DNA from: an uncultured cyanobacterium | GTDB taxonomy: Bacteria > Cyanobacteriota > Cyanobacteriia > PCC-9006 > JAAUQQ01 | NCBI GenBank assembly: GCA_963718615.1 | Contig: OY970368.1 | Location: 4,064,001 to 4,128,000 of the forward strand | Length of the DNA stretch: 64,000 nucleotides | Direction: 5' to 3' | In this document: positions 21,292-30,534 of the stretch, piece by piece | How positions within the stretch are numbered: the stretch's first letter is position 1 | Layout of the letters: every line of letters starts with the position of its first letter | The notes under the pieces: model-generated | What the model was told of the DNA's origin: nothing | What the model saw: only the letters and a program-made list of their open reading frames with translations | The model's database searches: none | Made by a program: the position numbers and the translations under genes

Positions 21292-23160
21292 ATGTTAGAT
21301 CTTTCCCCCCTCTGGATTTCTCTAAAAATTGCGACGATCGCCACCGCATTTACTTTTTTTCTGGGTATTGCTGTGGCCCATAGCATGCATCATTATCGAG
21401 GACGCTGGCGATCGCTCCTAGAGGGATTTTTGCTAGCTCCCATGGTCTTACCGCCAACGGTTTTGGGCTTTTTATTGCTGTTACTCTTAGGGAAAAACGG
21501 ACCGATTGGAAAACTCTTAGAACCTTGGGGTTTGAATCTTATCTTTACCTGGTATGCGGCGGTCATTGCGGCAACGGTCGTTGCCTTTCCGTTAATGTAT
21601 AAGACGGTCTTGGGCGGTCTAGAGCAAATCGATCGTAATTTACAACAGGCGGCTAGGACGCTTGGGGCTTCTGAAGCACAGCTTTTTTGGCGAGTGACGC
21701 TGCCGCTCGCATTGCCAGGAATTATTGCAGGAACCACATTAGCTTTCGCGCGGGCACTGGGTGAATTTGGCGCGACGCTGATGCTGGCTGGCAATATTCC
21801 AGGACGAACCCAAACCCTGCCGATGGCGATTTATTTTTCCGTAGAAGCGGGAGATTTTGCGGCTGCAACTCTTTACTGTGGGATTGTCTTGGTTCTCTCT
21901 CTGGGTGGAATTGCACTGGTGAATGATTGGAATCGAGGTGATTCTTTTCGCAAAAATCGTCGTCATTCCCTTGATTTATCGGATGCTAGTTCTAGTGCGA
22001 TCGCCAAGATATCTTTACCACTGCTCTTCGGTGAAGCAGAGGCTGCTCAACGAACCACAACTCCCCTAGATCTACAAGTTCAACTGCGGAAACAACTGCC
22101 TGGTTTTGAGCTCAATGTGGTGTTTTCAACCACAGACAAGCATTTAGGCCTACTGGGTACATCGGGTGCGGGTAAGAGTTTAATTCTTCGCTGTATTGCA
22201 GGAATCGAAAATCCGGATTCTGGAAAAATTGTGCTTAATGGTAGGGTTCTGTTTGATTCGGAACGGGGCATTTGTGTGCCGAGTCGCGATCGCAAAGTCA
22301 GTCTATTATTCCAAAATTATGCGCTTTTTCCCCATTTAACTGTAGCCCAAAATGTTGCCTTTGGGTTAGAGCAGCAAGCGAAATGGTACCGAAAACAACG
22401 ACGGCAGTCGTCCCTTCAGGAAGTGGTTCGTTTGCAACTCGAAGCTTTTCAAATCGCTTCCCTGGCTCACCGCTATCCTCGCCAATTATCGGGGGGGCAA
22501 CAGCAGCGTGTTGCTTTAGCCCGTGCGCTAGTGAGTCAACCTGAGTTATTGCTTTTAGATGAGCCTTTTTCAGCTTTAGATACGCATTTGCGCAGCCGCA
22601 TGGAACAGCAAATGGGGTTAAGTTTACAGGCTTATCCGGGCCTTTCACTCTTGGTGACCCATAATCTGGAAGAGGCCTATCGGCTTTGTTCTCAGTTGAT
22701 TGTGATTGAGTCGGGCCAGGTGGCGGCTCAGGCCAGTAAGTATGAAATTTTTGAGCATCCTCGGACGGCGAGTGTGGCTCAACTTACGGGATGCAAGAAT
22801 TTATCGCGGGCGATCGCCCAAGGCCCCCATCAACTGCGAGCGTTAGATTGGGATTGTATTTTAACGACTTTAGAACCGATTCCGTCAAATCTGGCTCAAG
22901 TGGGTATGCGGGCGCATCAAGTTCGGTTTTTGTCGGATTTTTCCCAGGAACCGAATTGTTTTCCCTGTTGGCTGAGCAATGTGAGTGAAACACCCCATCG
23001 GGTGACGCTATATTTAAAGCTGAATCGACCGGCGCGATCGCCTCAGGATTATGATTTACAGGCGGAAGTGTTTAAGGAAAAGTGGGCGATGTTAAAGGAT
23101 CAAGCGATGCCTTGGCCTGTCCAGCTCGATCCTCTGAAGCTGTTATTGTTAGATGCGTAG
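21292..23160 (+). CDS. modBC: Fused molybdate permease + ABC ATPase (ModBC)
   Basis: LPPTVLG, ARALGEFGAT, Walker A GTSGAGKS, LSGGQ, LLLDEP. Confidence 0.94.
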   Translation: MLDLSPLWISLKIATIATAFTFFLGIAVAHSMHHYRGRWRSLLEGFLLAPMVLPPTVLGFLLLLLLGKNGPIGKLLEPWGLNLIFTWYAAVIAATVVAFPLMYKTVLGGLEQIDRNLQQAARTLGASEAQLFWRVTLPLALPGIIAGTTLAFARALGEFGATLMLAGNIPGRTQTLPMAIYFSVEAGDFAAATLYCGIVLVLSLGGIALVNDWNRGDSFRKNRRHSLDLSDASSSAIAKISLPLLFGEAEAAQRTTTPLDLQVQLRKQLPGFELNVVFSTTDKHLGLLGTSGAGKSLILRCIAGIENPDSGKIVLNGRVLFDSERGICVPSRDRKVSLLFQNYALFPHLTVAQNVAFGLEQQAKWYRKQRRQSSLQEVVRLQLEAFQIASLAHRYPRQLSGGQQQRVALARALVSQPELLLLDEPFSALDTHLRSRMEQQMGLSLQAYPGLSLLVTHNLEEAYRLCSQLIVIESGQVAAQASKYEIFEHPRTASVAQLTGCKNLSRAIAQGPHQLRALDWDCILTTLEPIPSNLAQVGMRAHQVRFLSDFSQEPNCFPCWLSNVSETPHRVTLYLKLNRPARSPQDYDLQAEVFKEKWAMLKDQAMPWPVQLDPLKLLLLDA

Positions 23161-23326
23161 GTTGGGTTGAGGCACGAAACCCAACATGCACAAGTCAACC
23201 TGCACAAGCTCTGTTGGGTTTCGCTAGGGCTCAAGTCAACCTGCACAAGCTCTGTTGGGTTTCGCTAGGGCTCAAGTCAACCTGCACAAGCTCTGTTGGG
23301 TTTCGCTAGGGCTCAACCCAACCTAC
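23157..23326. repeat. GTAG-type REP doublet with an internal 41-bp tandem triplication
   Basis: Left arm GTAGGTTGGGTTGAGGCACGAAACCCAACA, right arm TGTTGGGTTTCGCTAGGGCTCAACCCAACCTAC; identical 41-mers at 23191, 23232 and 23273. Confidence 0.85.
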
Positions 23327-25334
23327 GAATTTGCTGGGCTTCGATTTGACTCGCGAATAAGCTTTGCAAACGCATCAGTTGCCCCCCGCCTAGATAGAGT
23401 AAATCACCTTTACCCAAGAGCTGTGCTGCGGCTTCTTCTTTACCCCCTAGGATGATCGAAGAGTCGGCGGAGCTAGCGGTTCGCAGGGCTACACGTCCGG
23501 GCAGGTTGGAACGAATCAGGGGGGTGACGACTTTGGCTTCGGGGCGTTGGGTGGCGATGATCAGGTGAATGCCTGCGGCGCGGGCCATGGCTCCAAGTCG
23601 TTTGATGCTTTGTTCTAGGGCTGTTGCAACGGATTTCTCAGCCATGAAGTCTGCGTATTCGTCAAAAATGCAGACAATTCTTGGGAGCGGTTCCGCTTTG
23701 GCATTGTAACCTTTAAGGTCTGAGCATTGGGCTTGTTCAAAGCGACGATAGCGACGTTCCATTTCATCGACCAGGCTTTCCATTAGCTCGATCGCGGCTT
23801 CGGAATCTTTGACGATGGGTTGATAGAGCCAGGGAATGGTTTCAAATTCTGGGAAGGTGACGCGCTTGGGATCGACGAGGACAATTTTGAGGTGATTGGG
23901 ACTGTGGCGGGTGAGGAGGCTGAGGAGGAGCGATCGCAAAAACTCGCTTTTACCGCTTCCAGTTGTACCTCCGACTAAAAAGTGACAGGTGTTGGGATCG
24001 GATAGGTCGGCTTCAACAAGATGGCCATCCAGGTTAACACCGATCGCAATCTTAACCGGCTCGGTGGGCGGGGTGTTTTGGCGCTGAATGTAGTCTTGAA
24101 AATGGGCGGTTTGGCGATCGGGTCGGGGCAAGTCTACGCTAAGATAACCGGCTTGAGGGGCAATCATCGGCGCGTTGTGAAGTCCCATCTGAACCCGTAA
24201 ATCGTCAGAAAGTTTGAGGATCGAGGCGATTTTAATGCCGGGATGAGGTTTAAGTTTGACTCGAATAAACGCAGGGCCGATGGCAGAGCCCGCGTAGTCT
24301 ACGCCGATGTTGAAGGCGCTGAGGACTTGGATCAGTTGGTTAGCGGTTTCATCAGCAACATTGTTGTTGGGGGGCGGTGGGATGGTGGGGTGATGGGGTA
24401 GTGGGGTGATGGGGTGGTGGGGTGAATTGGTGGGTTGGGGAATTGGGTCTGGAGCGAGGTCGGCGGCGGTGGCTCCGAACATTTCTCGGCATTTACTGCG
24501 TTTGGGACAGATGCCGCAGAGGGAGGGTTGGGCGGTGGCTGGGACGGGGTTGGGCTGGCCGGGTTGCCATTGCAGCCAGGTTTGCATTTGCTGGAGCCGT
24601 TGGGGGATGAGCTGATGAACGGTGGATTCTAGTTGATCCCATTGGAAACTTTGTTCTTTCCAGTCGGGCAGAACGCTGTAAACGGCGGAGTTGATCGGGA
24701 CGCCGACTTTTTGCCGCAGCATGTAGCCATATAGGGCAACTTGGGCGAGGGTGGCGGAGGCGTCTTGGGTTTGGTAGGTTTTGTAGTCGGCGACGCAGAG
24801 GCGTTGTTGGGAGAAGTCGTAAATCAGGCTATCAAACTTGCCTTGGACGAGCTGTTGTGTGCCGTTGGGCAGGGTGAAGGTATGGGCGAGTTTGAGTTCT
24901 TTGGCGAGGAAGGTGCGGGAGGCAACGTCGGTGGCGTTGCAAAATTGGCGGTTGCTGGCGAGGAGTTTACCCCAATGCTGAATCAGTCCGGTGAGCCCTT
25001 GCCAAAGTTTTTGATAAGCCGCAACTTTCTTGGGGTCTGACTGCGCAACTTGCAAGAGTTCTGGGTAGAAGGCATGTTTATACAGCAGTTTCTCTAGTTC
25101 TTGGGCGGTGGTCTGAGCGTCAAGGTTTGGGGGGTTGAATAGTGCCTGAAATTCAGGGTTTTTGAGGATTAGTTCGACGGATGTTTCACAGAGCTTGTGG
25201 AAGGCTTGGCCAATGCCTGTGACTGTGTCTTTGGGTTGAAACATCGTGGGGCCAGGAAATTTCTCTCCGAGGTAGAAGAGGCGGGGGCACTCGAAGGCGA
25301 CGCGGATTTTGGTGACGCTGAGGGAGGAAGTCAT
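23313..25334 (-). CDS. PD-(D/E)XK (Cas4/AddB-like, 4-Cys) nuclease fused to FtsK/SpoIIIE translocase
   Basis: N-terminal ECPR, GKFD, ADYKT, QVALY, CGICPKRSKC; Pro-rich linker; GGTTGSGKS, VDPK, IFDE, ATQRP, LLGKGDLL; no membrane or gamma domain. Confidence 0.88.
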   Translation of the reverse strand: MTSSLSVTKIRVAFECPRLFYLGEKFPGPTMFQPKDTVTGIGQAFHKLCETSVELILKNPEFQALFNPPNLDAQTTAQELEKLLYKHAFYPELLQVAQSDPKKVAAYQKLWQGLTGLIQHWGKLLASNRQFCNATDVASRTFLAKELKLAHTFTLPNGTQQLVQGKFDSLIYDFSQQRLCVADYKTYQTQDASATLAQVALYGYMLRQKVGVPINSAVYSVLPDWKEQSFQWDQLESTVHQLIPQRLQQMQTWLQWQPGQPNPVPATAQPSLCGICPKRSKCREMFGATAADLAPDPIPQPTNSPHHPITPLPHHPTIPPPPNNNVADETANQLIQVLSAFNIGVDYAGSAIGPAFIRVKLKPHPGIKIASILKLSDDLRVQMGLHNAPMIAPQAGYLSVDLPRPDRQTAHFQDYIQRQNTPPTEPVKIAIGVNLDGHLVEADLSDPNTCHFLVGGTTGSGKSEFLRSLLLSLLTRHSPNHLKIVLVDPKRVTFPEFETIPWLYQPIVKDSEAAIELMESLVDEMERRYRRFEQAQCSDLKGYNAKAEPLPRIVCIFDEYADFMAEKSVATALEQSIKRLGAMARAAGIHLIIATQRPEAKVVTPLIRSNLPGRVALRTASSADSSIILGGKEEAAAQLLGKGDLLYLGGGQLMRLQSLFASQIEAQQIRRLG
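24383..24422 (-). repeat. Octamer tandem repeat inside the nuclease-FtsK linker
   Basis: TGGTGGGG TGATGGGG TAGTGGGG TGATGGGG TGGTGGGG; same family as the repeat at 18007. Confidence 0.75.
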
Positions 25335-27370
25335 GAGGGGACGAGGCAGATGACCTGCTGTTCTGGTTTTACGCTGGGATCTACGATCCGTATCCTACCT
25401 GTCTGACACATCTTTACAAGAATTGATTCAAGATCTGAGTCACTTACATGACTAAATTGGTCCTTTGCATTTTTCAGAAAGACTGTACGACCTAAAATAT
25501 GCTGAGTTTCGATCAGGCTATACAAATAGCCTTCGACCTTTTTTAGACCTGGACCTGGAACTGGAACTGGACCTGGACCTATACCTCTCACAGCTTCAAA
25601 TAATTCTTTCAAGATTGGACAATCATCAAGTACTTTAGTTTCTCTAACAAGAGCACGTAACTCTTTGAGACTGATCTCTTTTTGACCGACTACTAATTCT
25701 CGGCTACCAGAATCATTGACGAGCTTCTGATAGGTTTCAAGAAAGTAGAGAGAATCGAGATTAGGTTTAAGATGAGTATTTTTATCGAATAGTTGTTGAT
25801 AGAGCTGATGTCCTCGATTTCTCGCGCCCCCTGTACTCTCTGACCGTACTAAAATAAGCTTATCAAAAGCACCTCGGTTGTTCACACTTCTACAAGCATT
25901 CATCACGTGAAAGAACGTTTGCATATTTCTTTCTTCACTCCATACAACACCAATACTTTTATCGGAGTCCTTGAAACTTAATGAATTAGCCGAGTATCTA
26001 GAGTTTCCTAGAATCGAGGTTTTAATCTGGTCTGTTGAAAGTGCTTCTAGGGCTTCGCGCAGTCTCTGAATGAGTTCAGGTGAAGAAAACTGCTGTATGC
26101 GCGAGACTCGTTGCCTGGAGGCTTTGAATTCTTTTTGCCAAACCAGTATGAACTGGGTAGATAATAAGGGTGTTGGTCCTGTTTCTGTTTCTGTTCCTGG
26201 TACTACAGGTGGTAATTTTCCGTGACGCTTGAAGTGATTAACTAGCGTTTCGCCAATCATCAGTGCAATGCGCGGTAAGGTTTTACCACCCGGAACTTTT
26301 GCATCTAGCCACTCTCGTTTTAGGGGATCGATCGGGCTTTTCGGGCGTGGATTGGCCAAGCGATGTAGTGGGTAGAGATTTGCAGCCCAAATTTCCTCGG
26401 CTTGATCTGTTGAAATTTTTCTAAGTTCTAGTGTCTGACCAATACTCGCCAAATCAGACGTTTGGATTTTCTCTTTGGCGACACGCCAAGCATCAGTAAT
26501 TACACTAATAATTATTAGAAAGTTCTTTACTCTTGAATTATGAAAAGTCGAATTAATATCGAGTACAGCTTGATAGTTACCTTTGGTGGTATCGATCTGA
26601 TCAAAGCAAATTACGATAGGCTGTGTTTCTCTTGCAATTAGACCGATATTGTTTAGAATTTTTTGCGCCGCATCCTCCGAGTCAATAGATCCTCTTATTT
26701 TAAGCTTTTTCAGATCATCTTCATCTAAATCGTCACCCCGTAACCAGTCACAAGCGACGTCAAATGTTTCAGATTGTGTCAAGGCGTAGAGCGCTCGAAA
26801 GAAATCCTTGGCGCGATAGAGGCCAACAGGGTAGGCAGCTTTCATGATGTTAACAAATTTGTCACATCCTTCTTGTAGCCAATTCGATTTCTTTTGATTT
26901 TGCAGTTTGAGAAGACTGCGAAGCCAAAGCGAGATCTGTGATTCACTCTCTCCTTCTGGAACTTGCATCAGGCTATCAACTGTATTTCGGAGAGTGTGCC
27001 TCCAGATGTAACTTTGTGGCTCAGGACAAGGACCAACATATACGAAGAAAGCCCGATCGTTGAGTTCTCGCTTAATTCGGCCTAATAGATAGCTTTTGCC
27101 AGATCCACTTTCGCCTTGTATTAGGATGGTTCGGGTGACATGATCATGCGCCATCTGAGCGACAGCGGATTCTACCCTTTCAATCACATCTTGATGAATT
27201 GACTTGACTTCTAATGCGTCTTGATAATCATCTTGCCAGAAGTTTCCAGCCTTAATACTTGGATTAAAGGGATTTACACTAAGTTGAACGATCTTCTCAA
27301 TGGGTTGTTTGGAGGTAGATTCTTTTGATGGAGCCATGGTGATGCCAGAATCGATAACAAATGAGTTCAA
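25331..27370 (-). CDS. Large P-loop ATPase (RcaG-like / BrxD-like)
   Basis: Walker A GESGSGKS, DWLRGD, Walker B VICFDQID; ATGA overlap with the nuclease-FtsK gene; ATG 27337 is an alternative start. Confidence 0.8.
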   Translation of the reverse strand: MNSFVIDSGITMAPSKESTSKQPIEKIVQLSVNPFNPSIKAGNFWQDDYQDALEVKSIHQDVIERVESAVAQMAHDHVTRTILIQGESGSGKSYLLGRIKRELNDRAFFVYVGPCPEPQSYIWRHTLRNTVDSLMQVPEGESESQISLWLRSLLKLQNQKKSNWLQEGCDKFVNIMKAAYPVGLYRAKDFFRALYALTQSETFDVACDWLRGDDLDEDDLKKLKIRGSIDSEDAAQKILNNIGLIARETQPIVICFDQIDTTKGNYQAVLDINSTFHNSRVKNFLIIISVITDAWRVAKEKIQTSDLASIGQTLELRKISTDQAEEIWAANLYPLHRLANPRPKSPIDPLKREWLDAKVPGGKTLPRIALMIGETLVNHFKRHGKLPPVVPGTETETGPTPLLSTQFILVWQKEFKASRQRVSRIQQFSSPELIQRLREALEALSTDQIKTSILGNSRYSANSLSFKDSDKSIGVVWSEERNMQTFFHVMNACRSVNNRGAFDKLILVRSESTGGARNRGHQLYQQLFDKNTHLKPNLDSLYFLETYQKLVNDSGSRELVVGQKEISLKELRALVRETKVLDDCPILKELFEAVRGIGPGPVPVPGPGLKKVEGYLYSLIETQHILGRTVFLKNAKDQFSHVSDSDLESILVKMCQTGRIRIVDPSVKPEQQVICLVPS

Positions 27371-27412
27371 GACCTGAACGGTAGCGAGTTTAAAATTGAT
27401 TTTGAGGAAACA

Positions 27413-28240
27413 TTAAGGATTTAGGCGAATGAAAAACAGAGGGCCGCCAATATCCTGAGGAATACCTGCTCTAATTTGAGCTTCACTATAACGACTGATC
27501 TCATGAAGAGCCGTTAGCTCGATTTTGTCGTCTCTTTGAAGTTGATAGAGAATGCGATCTAACTCGTCACGATCAAGAGCGACTTGATCACGAAGATAGA
27601 AAAGGGGCAAGTAATTATCCGTGTTGTACTGACGATCGAGCTTTGCAATTAGCTCCAATACTTCTGACGCATTAGACACCTGAATCTTCTTGAACTCAAA
27701 ATTTTCAGGTTCTACCTCATCGCTATCCGCAGCCTGCCGCAGAAAGTTGACGTAGCTCCCCATGAGGTTCAGGCTAACAGTCGCTCCCCCAGACGGCTTA
27801 AACTCATGCCGCAAAAACTGCTCACCTTGGGGCGTCAGCCAAACCTCTGCGATCTTGATATCCCGATCGCTCACCTTCAAAAAGCCCCGCTCCTCCAACG
27901 AGCGAATCAGCGCTTGGCGGCGATCGCTAGCAACCTTCTTAACCATCCCCGTCGTGACTCGCTGCCCACCCTTAGCCGCCTCCAGCACACTCAACTCATC
28001 AGCGCTGATCGGTAGATTGGCGACATCTAATTTCAGGAGATTTTGGCCTGTTGGGGCGATCGCAAATCCCCTAATCTCTGTACGATAGGCGACAATTCCT
28101 TTGTTGACCAACTCCCTACAAGCCTTATCCCGATCTGCTGCGCTCTTTCCAGGGCTTAGCTTGTCATTCATCGGACCCCGATACCCCGGCAATCCCAGCA
28201 GCTTCAGCAAAAACTTTAGTTCAAGCGTACTTATATCCAT
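27413..28240 (-). CDS. Multi-winged-helix DNA-binding protein, RcaD-like
   Basis: ELKFLLKLLG, LTPQGEQFL, TDNYLPLFYLR, LYQLQRDDKIEL and GGPLFFI resemble cyanobacterial proteins annotated RcaD (from recall); GAGG RBS before ATG 28240. Confidence 0.7.
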   Translation of the reverse strand: MDISTLELKFLLKLLGLPGYRGPMNDKLSPGKSAADRDKACRELVNKGIVAYRTEIRGFAIAPTGQNLLKLDVANLPISADELSVLEAAKGGQRVTTGMVKKVASDRRQALIRSLEERGFLKVSDRDIKIAEVWLTPQGEQFLRHEFKPSGGATVSLNLMGSYVNFLRQAADSDEVEPENFEFKKIQVSNASEVLELIAKLDRQYNTDNYLPLFYLRDQVALDRDELDRILYQLQRDDKIELTALHEISRYSEAQIRAGIPQDIGGPLFFIRLNP

Positions 28241-28465
28241 CTGCTCAATCCCCTCACTCATATGCTCAGTCATCGTTAGAGCCCGCATCACATTGGACCC
28301 AACTTCTCTATTCTGGCAAAATTTACAGAGATCGGGATTGAAAAATCAAAAATTTTGATCAATCACTGTGTTTTTTGCTGCCAAGCCCCCTTCGGAATTT
28401 CCGTAACCGGAATGACTTCAAGCAGCAGCGATTCCCAGCTTTCCGGAAAAGGAAAGGAGCTTTCC

Positions 28466-28499
28466 CAGATCTGACCAGATCTGAACAGATCTGAACAGA
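28466..28499. repeat. Three CAGATCTG palindromes at a 10-bp period
   Basis: CAGATCTGAC CAGATCTGAA CAGATCTGAA CAGA, about 230 bp upstream of the RcaD-like gene. Confidence 0.8.
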
Positions 28500-28558
28500 A
28501 CGCGATCGCACGAGTAGCCAACCTCTCCCAATCGCTCTCATAGAAGCTCATTCCCAAG

Positions 28559-29059
28559 TCAATAGGAGATCGTTACCGTATTCGGCGCAAAAAGAAGCGG
28601 TAATGCGCCTCCCTCTTCTCCAAGCACAACACCTTCAATCAAATCCTCCTGAGTTAAGCCTGCTTCGCGAGAGCAACTTGGACAAGCAATCACTCTTCCC
28701 CCATCCTCAATAAACGCTTGCAGTTTTTGATGAATATTCAAATGGCTGTTACCTTCTGTCGCAGGAAGTCGCTCCTGATCCGCAAGATACACCCCACGAA
28801 CATTTAGAAAGACAGTGACGGGCTGGTGTCCGCGTCGCAAGGCATTGTGGGCCAGAGAGAGGGCCATACTTGCAGTCCATGTCTCATCAGTCGTCAGATT
28901 AACGAACAGCCCTCTTGGTTCAGCAACATTTTCTGTAGTTTGAGCGAATACAGTTTCCGAGTAAGCTGGTGTCGCTGTAATAATATTGCAACTCAATAAA
29001 CCACCCAAGAATGAAGCAGCAAACACACAAGGCAAGTTAGATTTGAATTGGCGTTTCAT
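28559..29059 (-). CDS. DsrE/DsrF-like protein with N-terminal signal peptide
   Basis: VTVFLNVRGV, GGRVIACPSC, EDLIEG; MKRQ start at 29059 followed by a hydrophobic stretch and AYS. Confidence 0.8.
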   Translation of the reverse strand: MKRQFKSNLPCVFAASFLGGLLSCNIITATPAYSETVFAQTTENVAEPRGLFVNLTTDETWTASMALSLAHNALRRGHQPVTVFLNVRGVYLADQERLPATEGNSHLNIHQKLQAFIEDGGRVIACPSCSREAGLTQEDLIEGVVLGEEGGALPLLFAPNTVTISY

Positions 29060-29606
29060 AATTAGGCTATCTTCTACAATTTCTTTTAAGAACAACGAGC
29101 TAAGCCCCTCTAGAACAGCAGGTTGCTGAGCAGAATAGAAAAACTCCATTGATTTGATTTATTCTCGACCTGCTAGACCAACCAGTCAAAAGACGGCTTG
29201 TCAAACATTAAAAGCCTGTAATTGTAACTAGTCATTCAAGGAATTTAGAGAGAGATTCTCCACCTATCACAAAAGTGGGGTAACGCCGTAAGGCGAGACG
29301 AATGGGGCAGAGGAGCGAAGTATAAATAGAGACCCTAATTTGAGGAATTGTAAAAGAGCCTCCAACCCTAGGTCAGAGGCAGCTAGGGTTCCGGTTAACA
29401 ACAACTGGAGCCCAATGACTTTAACTCTAACGCCGCTCAGCGATTGCTTGGACAGTCTTTCCCCGACCTCTTTGAATGGGGGCTTGAACAATCCTCTGAG
29501 CTTCCACTCCCTCGACAGTCTCATAAATCACAACAGGCTGAGCCTAAGCTGCTCCTCGTTTTCCCGGCTTAAGTTACGACCCTCCAAGACTACAATCTAT
29601 CACATT

Positions 29607-29627
29607 CTCTCAAAATGAGAGTATAAT
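29607..29627 (+). promoter_or_regulatory. Probable HigA operator abutting the -10 box
   Basis: CTCTCA-AAA-TGAGAG inverted repeat immediately followed by TATAAT, about 30 nt upstream of higB. Confidence 0.6.
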
Positions 29628-29655
29628 GAGGGATAGACTCCAGCAGGCATCGTTG

Positions 29656-29955
29656 ATGCACCTCATATCAATCCGTAAGCTCCGTAGTGATGCAGCCCAT
29701 TACCCTGATCTAGGCCAAGTCATTAACGCTTGGTACGCAGTCGTAAAGAAAGCAAACTGGAAGAATCTAGAGGACGTGAGAATAATTTATCGAGATGCTG
29801 AAACCGTCGGAAACTTCACTGTCTTTAATCTAAAGGGAAATCAGTATCGATTAATCGTTGGTATTGATTACCCTAGCCAAACGGTCTACTACAAATATCT
29901 TCTAACTCACGCTGATTACGATAAAAATAGGTGGAAAAATGACCCTTACTTTTAA
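29656..29955 (+). CDS. higB: HigB family toxin
   Basis: MHLISIRKL, VFNLKGNQYRL, LTHADYDK. Confidence 0.9.
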   Translation: MHLISIRKLRSDAAHYPDLGQVINAWYAVVKKANWKNLEDVRIIYRDAETVGNFTVFNLKGNQYRLIVGIDYPSQTVYYKYLLTHADYDKNRWKNDPYF

Positions 29956-30337
29956 TCTGACTGCTTATAGCGATCTTCTACGGGAAATCACACCCAAAAT
30001 CATCGAGACAGAGATGGAGTATGAAAAAACCTTAGCAATCGTCGAGCAACTGACCTTTAAGCGCGATCGCACCCCCGAAGAAACCGCACTGCATAGGCTA
30101 CTGGTCATACTCATAGAAACCTACGAAGCCGAGCAATACCCCATCCCAGAATCCTCCCCCGACGAAATCCTGCGCCACATCATGGAAGCCAGCGGTACTC
30201 GCCAGATTGACCTAGTGGGAATAATCGGCTCTAGCGGCGTCGTCTCAGAAATCGTCAACGGAAAACGAACCATCAGCAAAGCCCAAGCCAAAATCCTCGC
30301 GGATCGGTTCAAAGTTTCATCCAGCTTGTTCATTTAA
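29939..30337 (+). CDS. higA: HigA family antitoxin (HTH)
   Basis: LIETYE, GSSGVVSEIVNGKRTISK; overlaps higB. Confidence 0.9.
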   Translation: MTLTFNLTAYSDLLREITPKIIETEMEYEKTLAIVEQLTFKRDRTPEETALHRLLVILIETYEAEQYPIPESSPDEILRHIMEASGTRQIDLVGIIGSSGVVSEIVNGKRTISKAQAKILADRFKVSSSLFI

Positions 30338-30534
30338 CCCCTTCACGCTCAGCCACATCCCAAGCGCTAGCAAAGCAGCGCTGCTTTGCTATGGATAACA
30401 GCACCAAACCCCAACCCAACTTCCTCGACTAAGATCTTTAAGATCTCAATCCCCCCCCAAACTCATATTGGACAGAACCGTCCCCCCCGATCGATCATAG
30501 AACCCACAACTTCAAAACCTCACCCCTCCAAACC

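Noticed and set aside
21292-23160. ModB-ModC fusion as a novelty
   Set aside because: Fused modBC is common in cyanobacteria
23191-23313. CRISPR array next to a Cas4-like nuclease
   Set aside because: The 41-bp units are contiguous and identical with no unique spacers, they lie inside a REP doublet, and no cas1/cas2 genes are present
23313-25334. Cell-division FtsK
   Set aside because: Lacks transmembrane and gamma domains and carries a nuclease domain instead
29267-29618. Overlapping 85-aa and 92-aa ORFs between the DsrE-like gene and higB
   Set aside because: No recognisable motif or convincing start context; may be a gene remnant, but I cannot support a call
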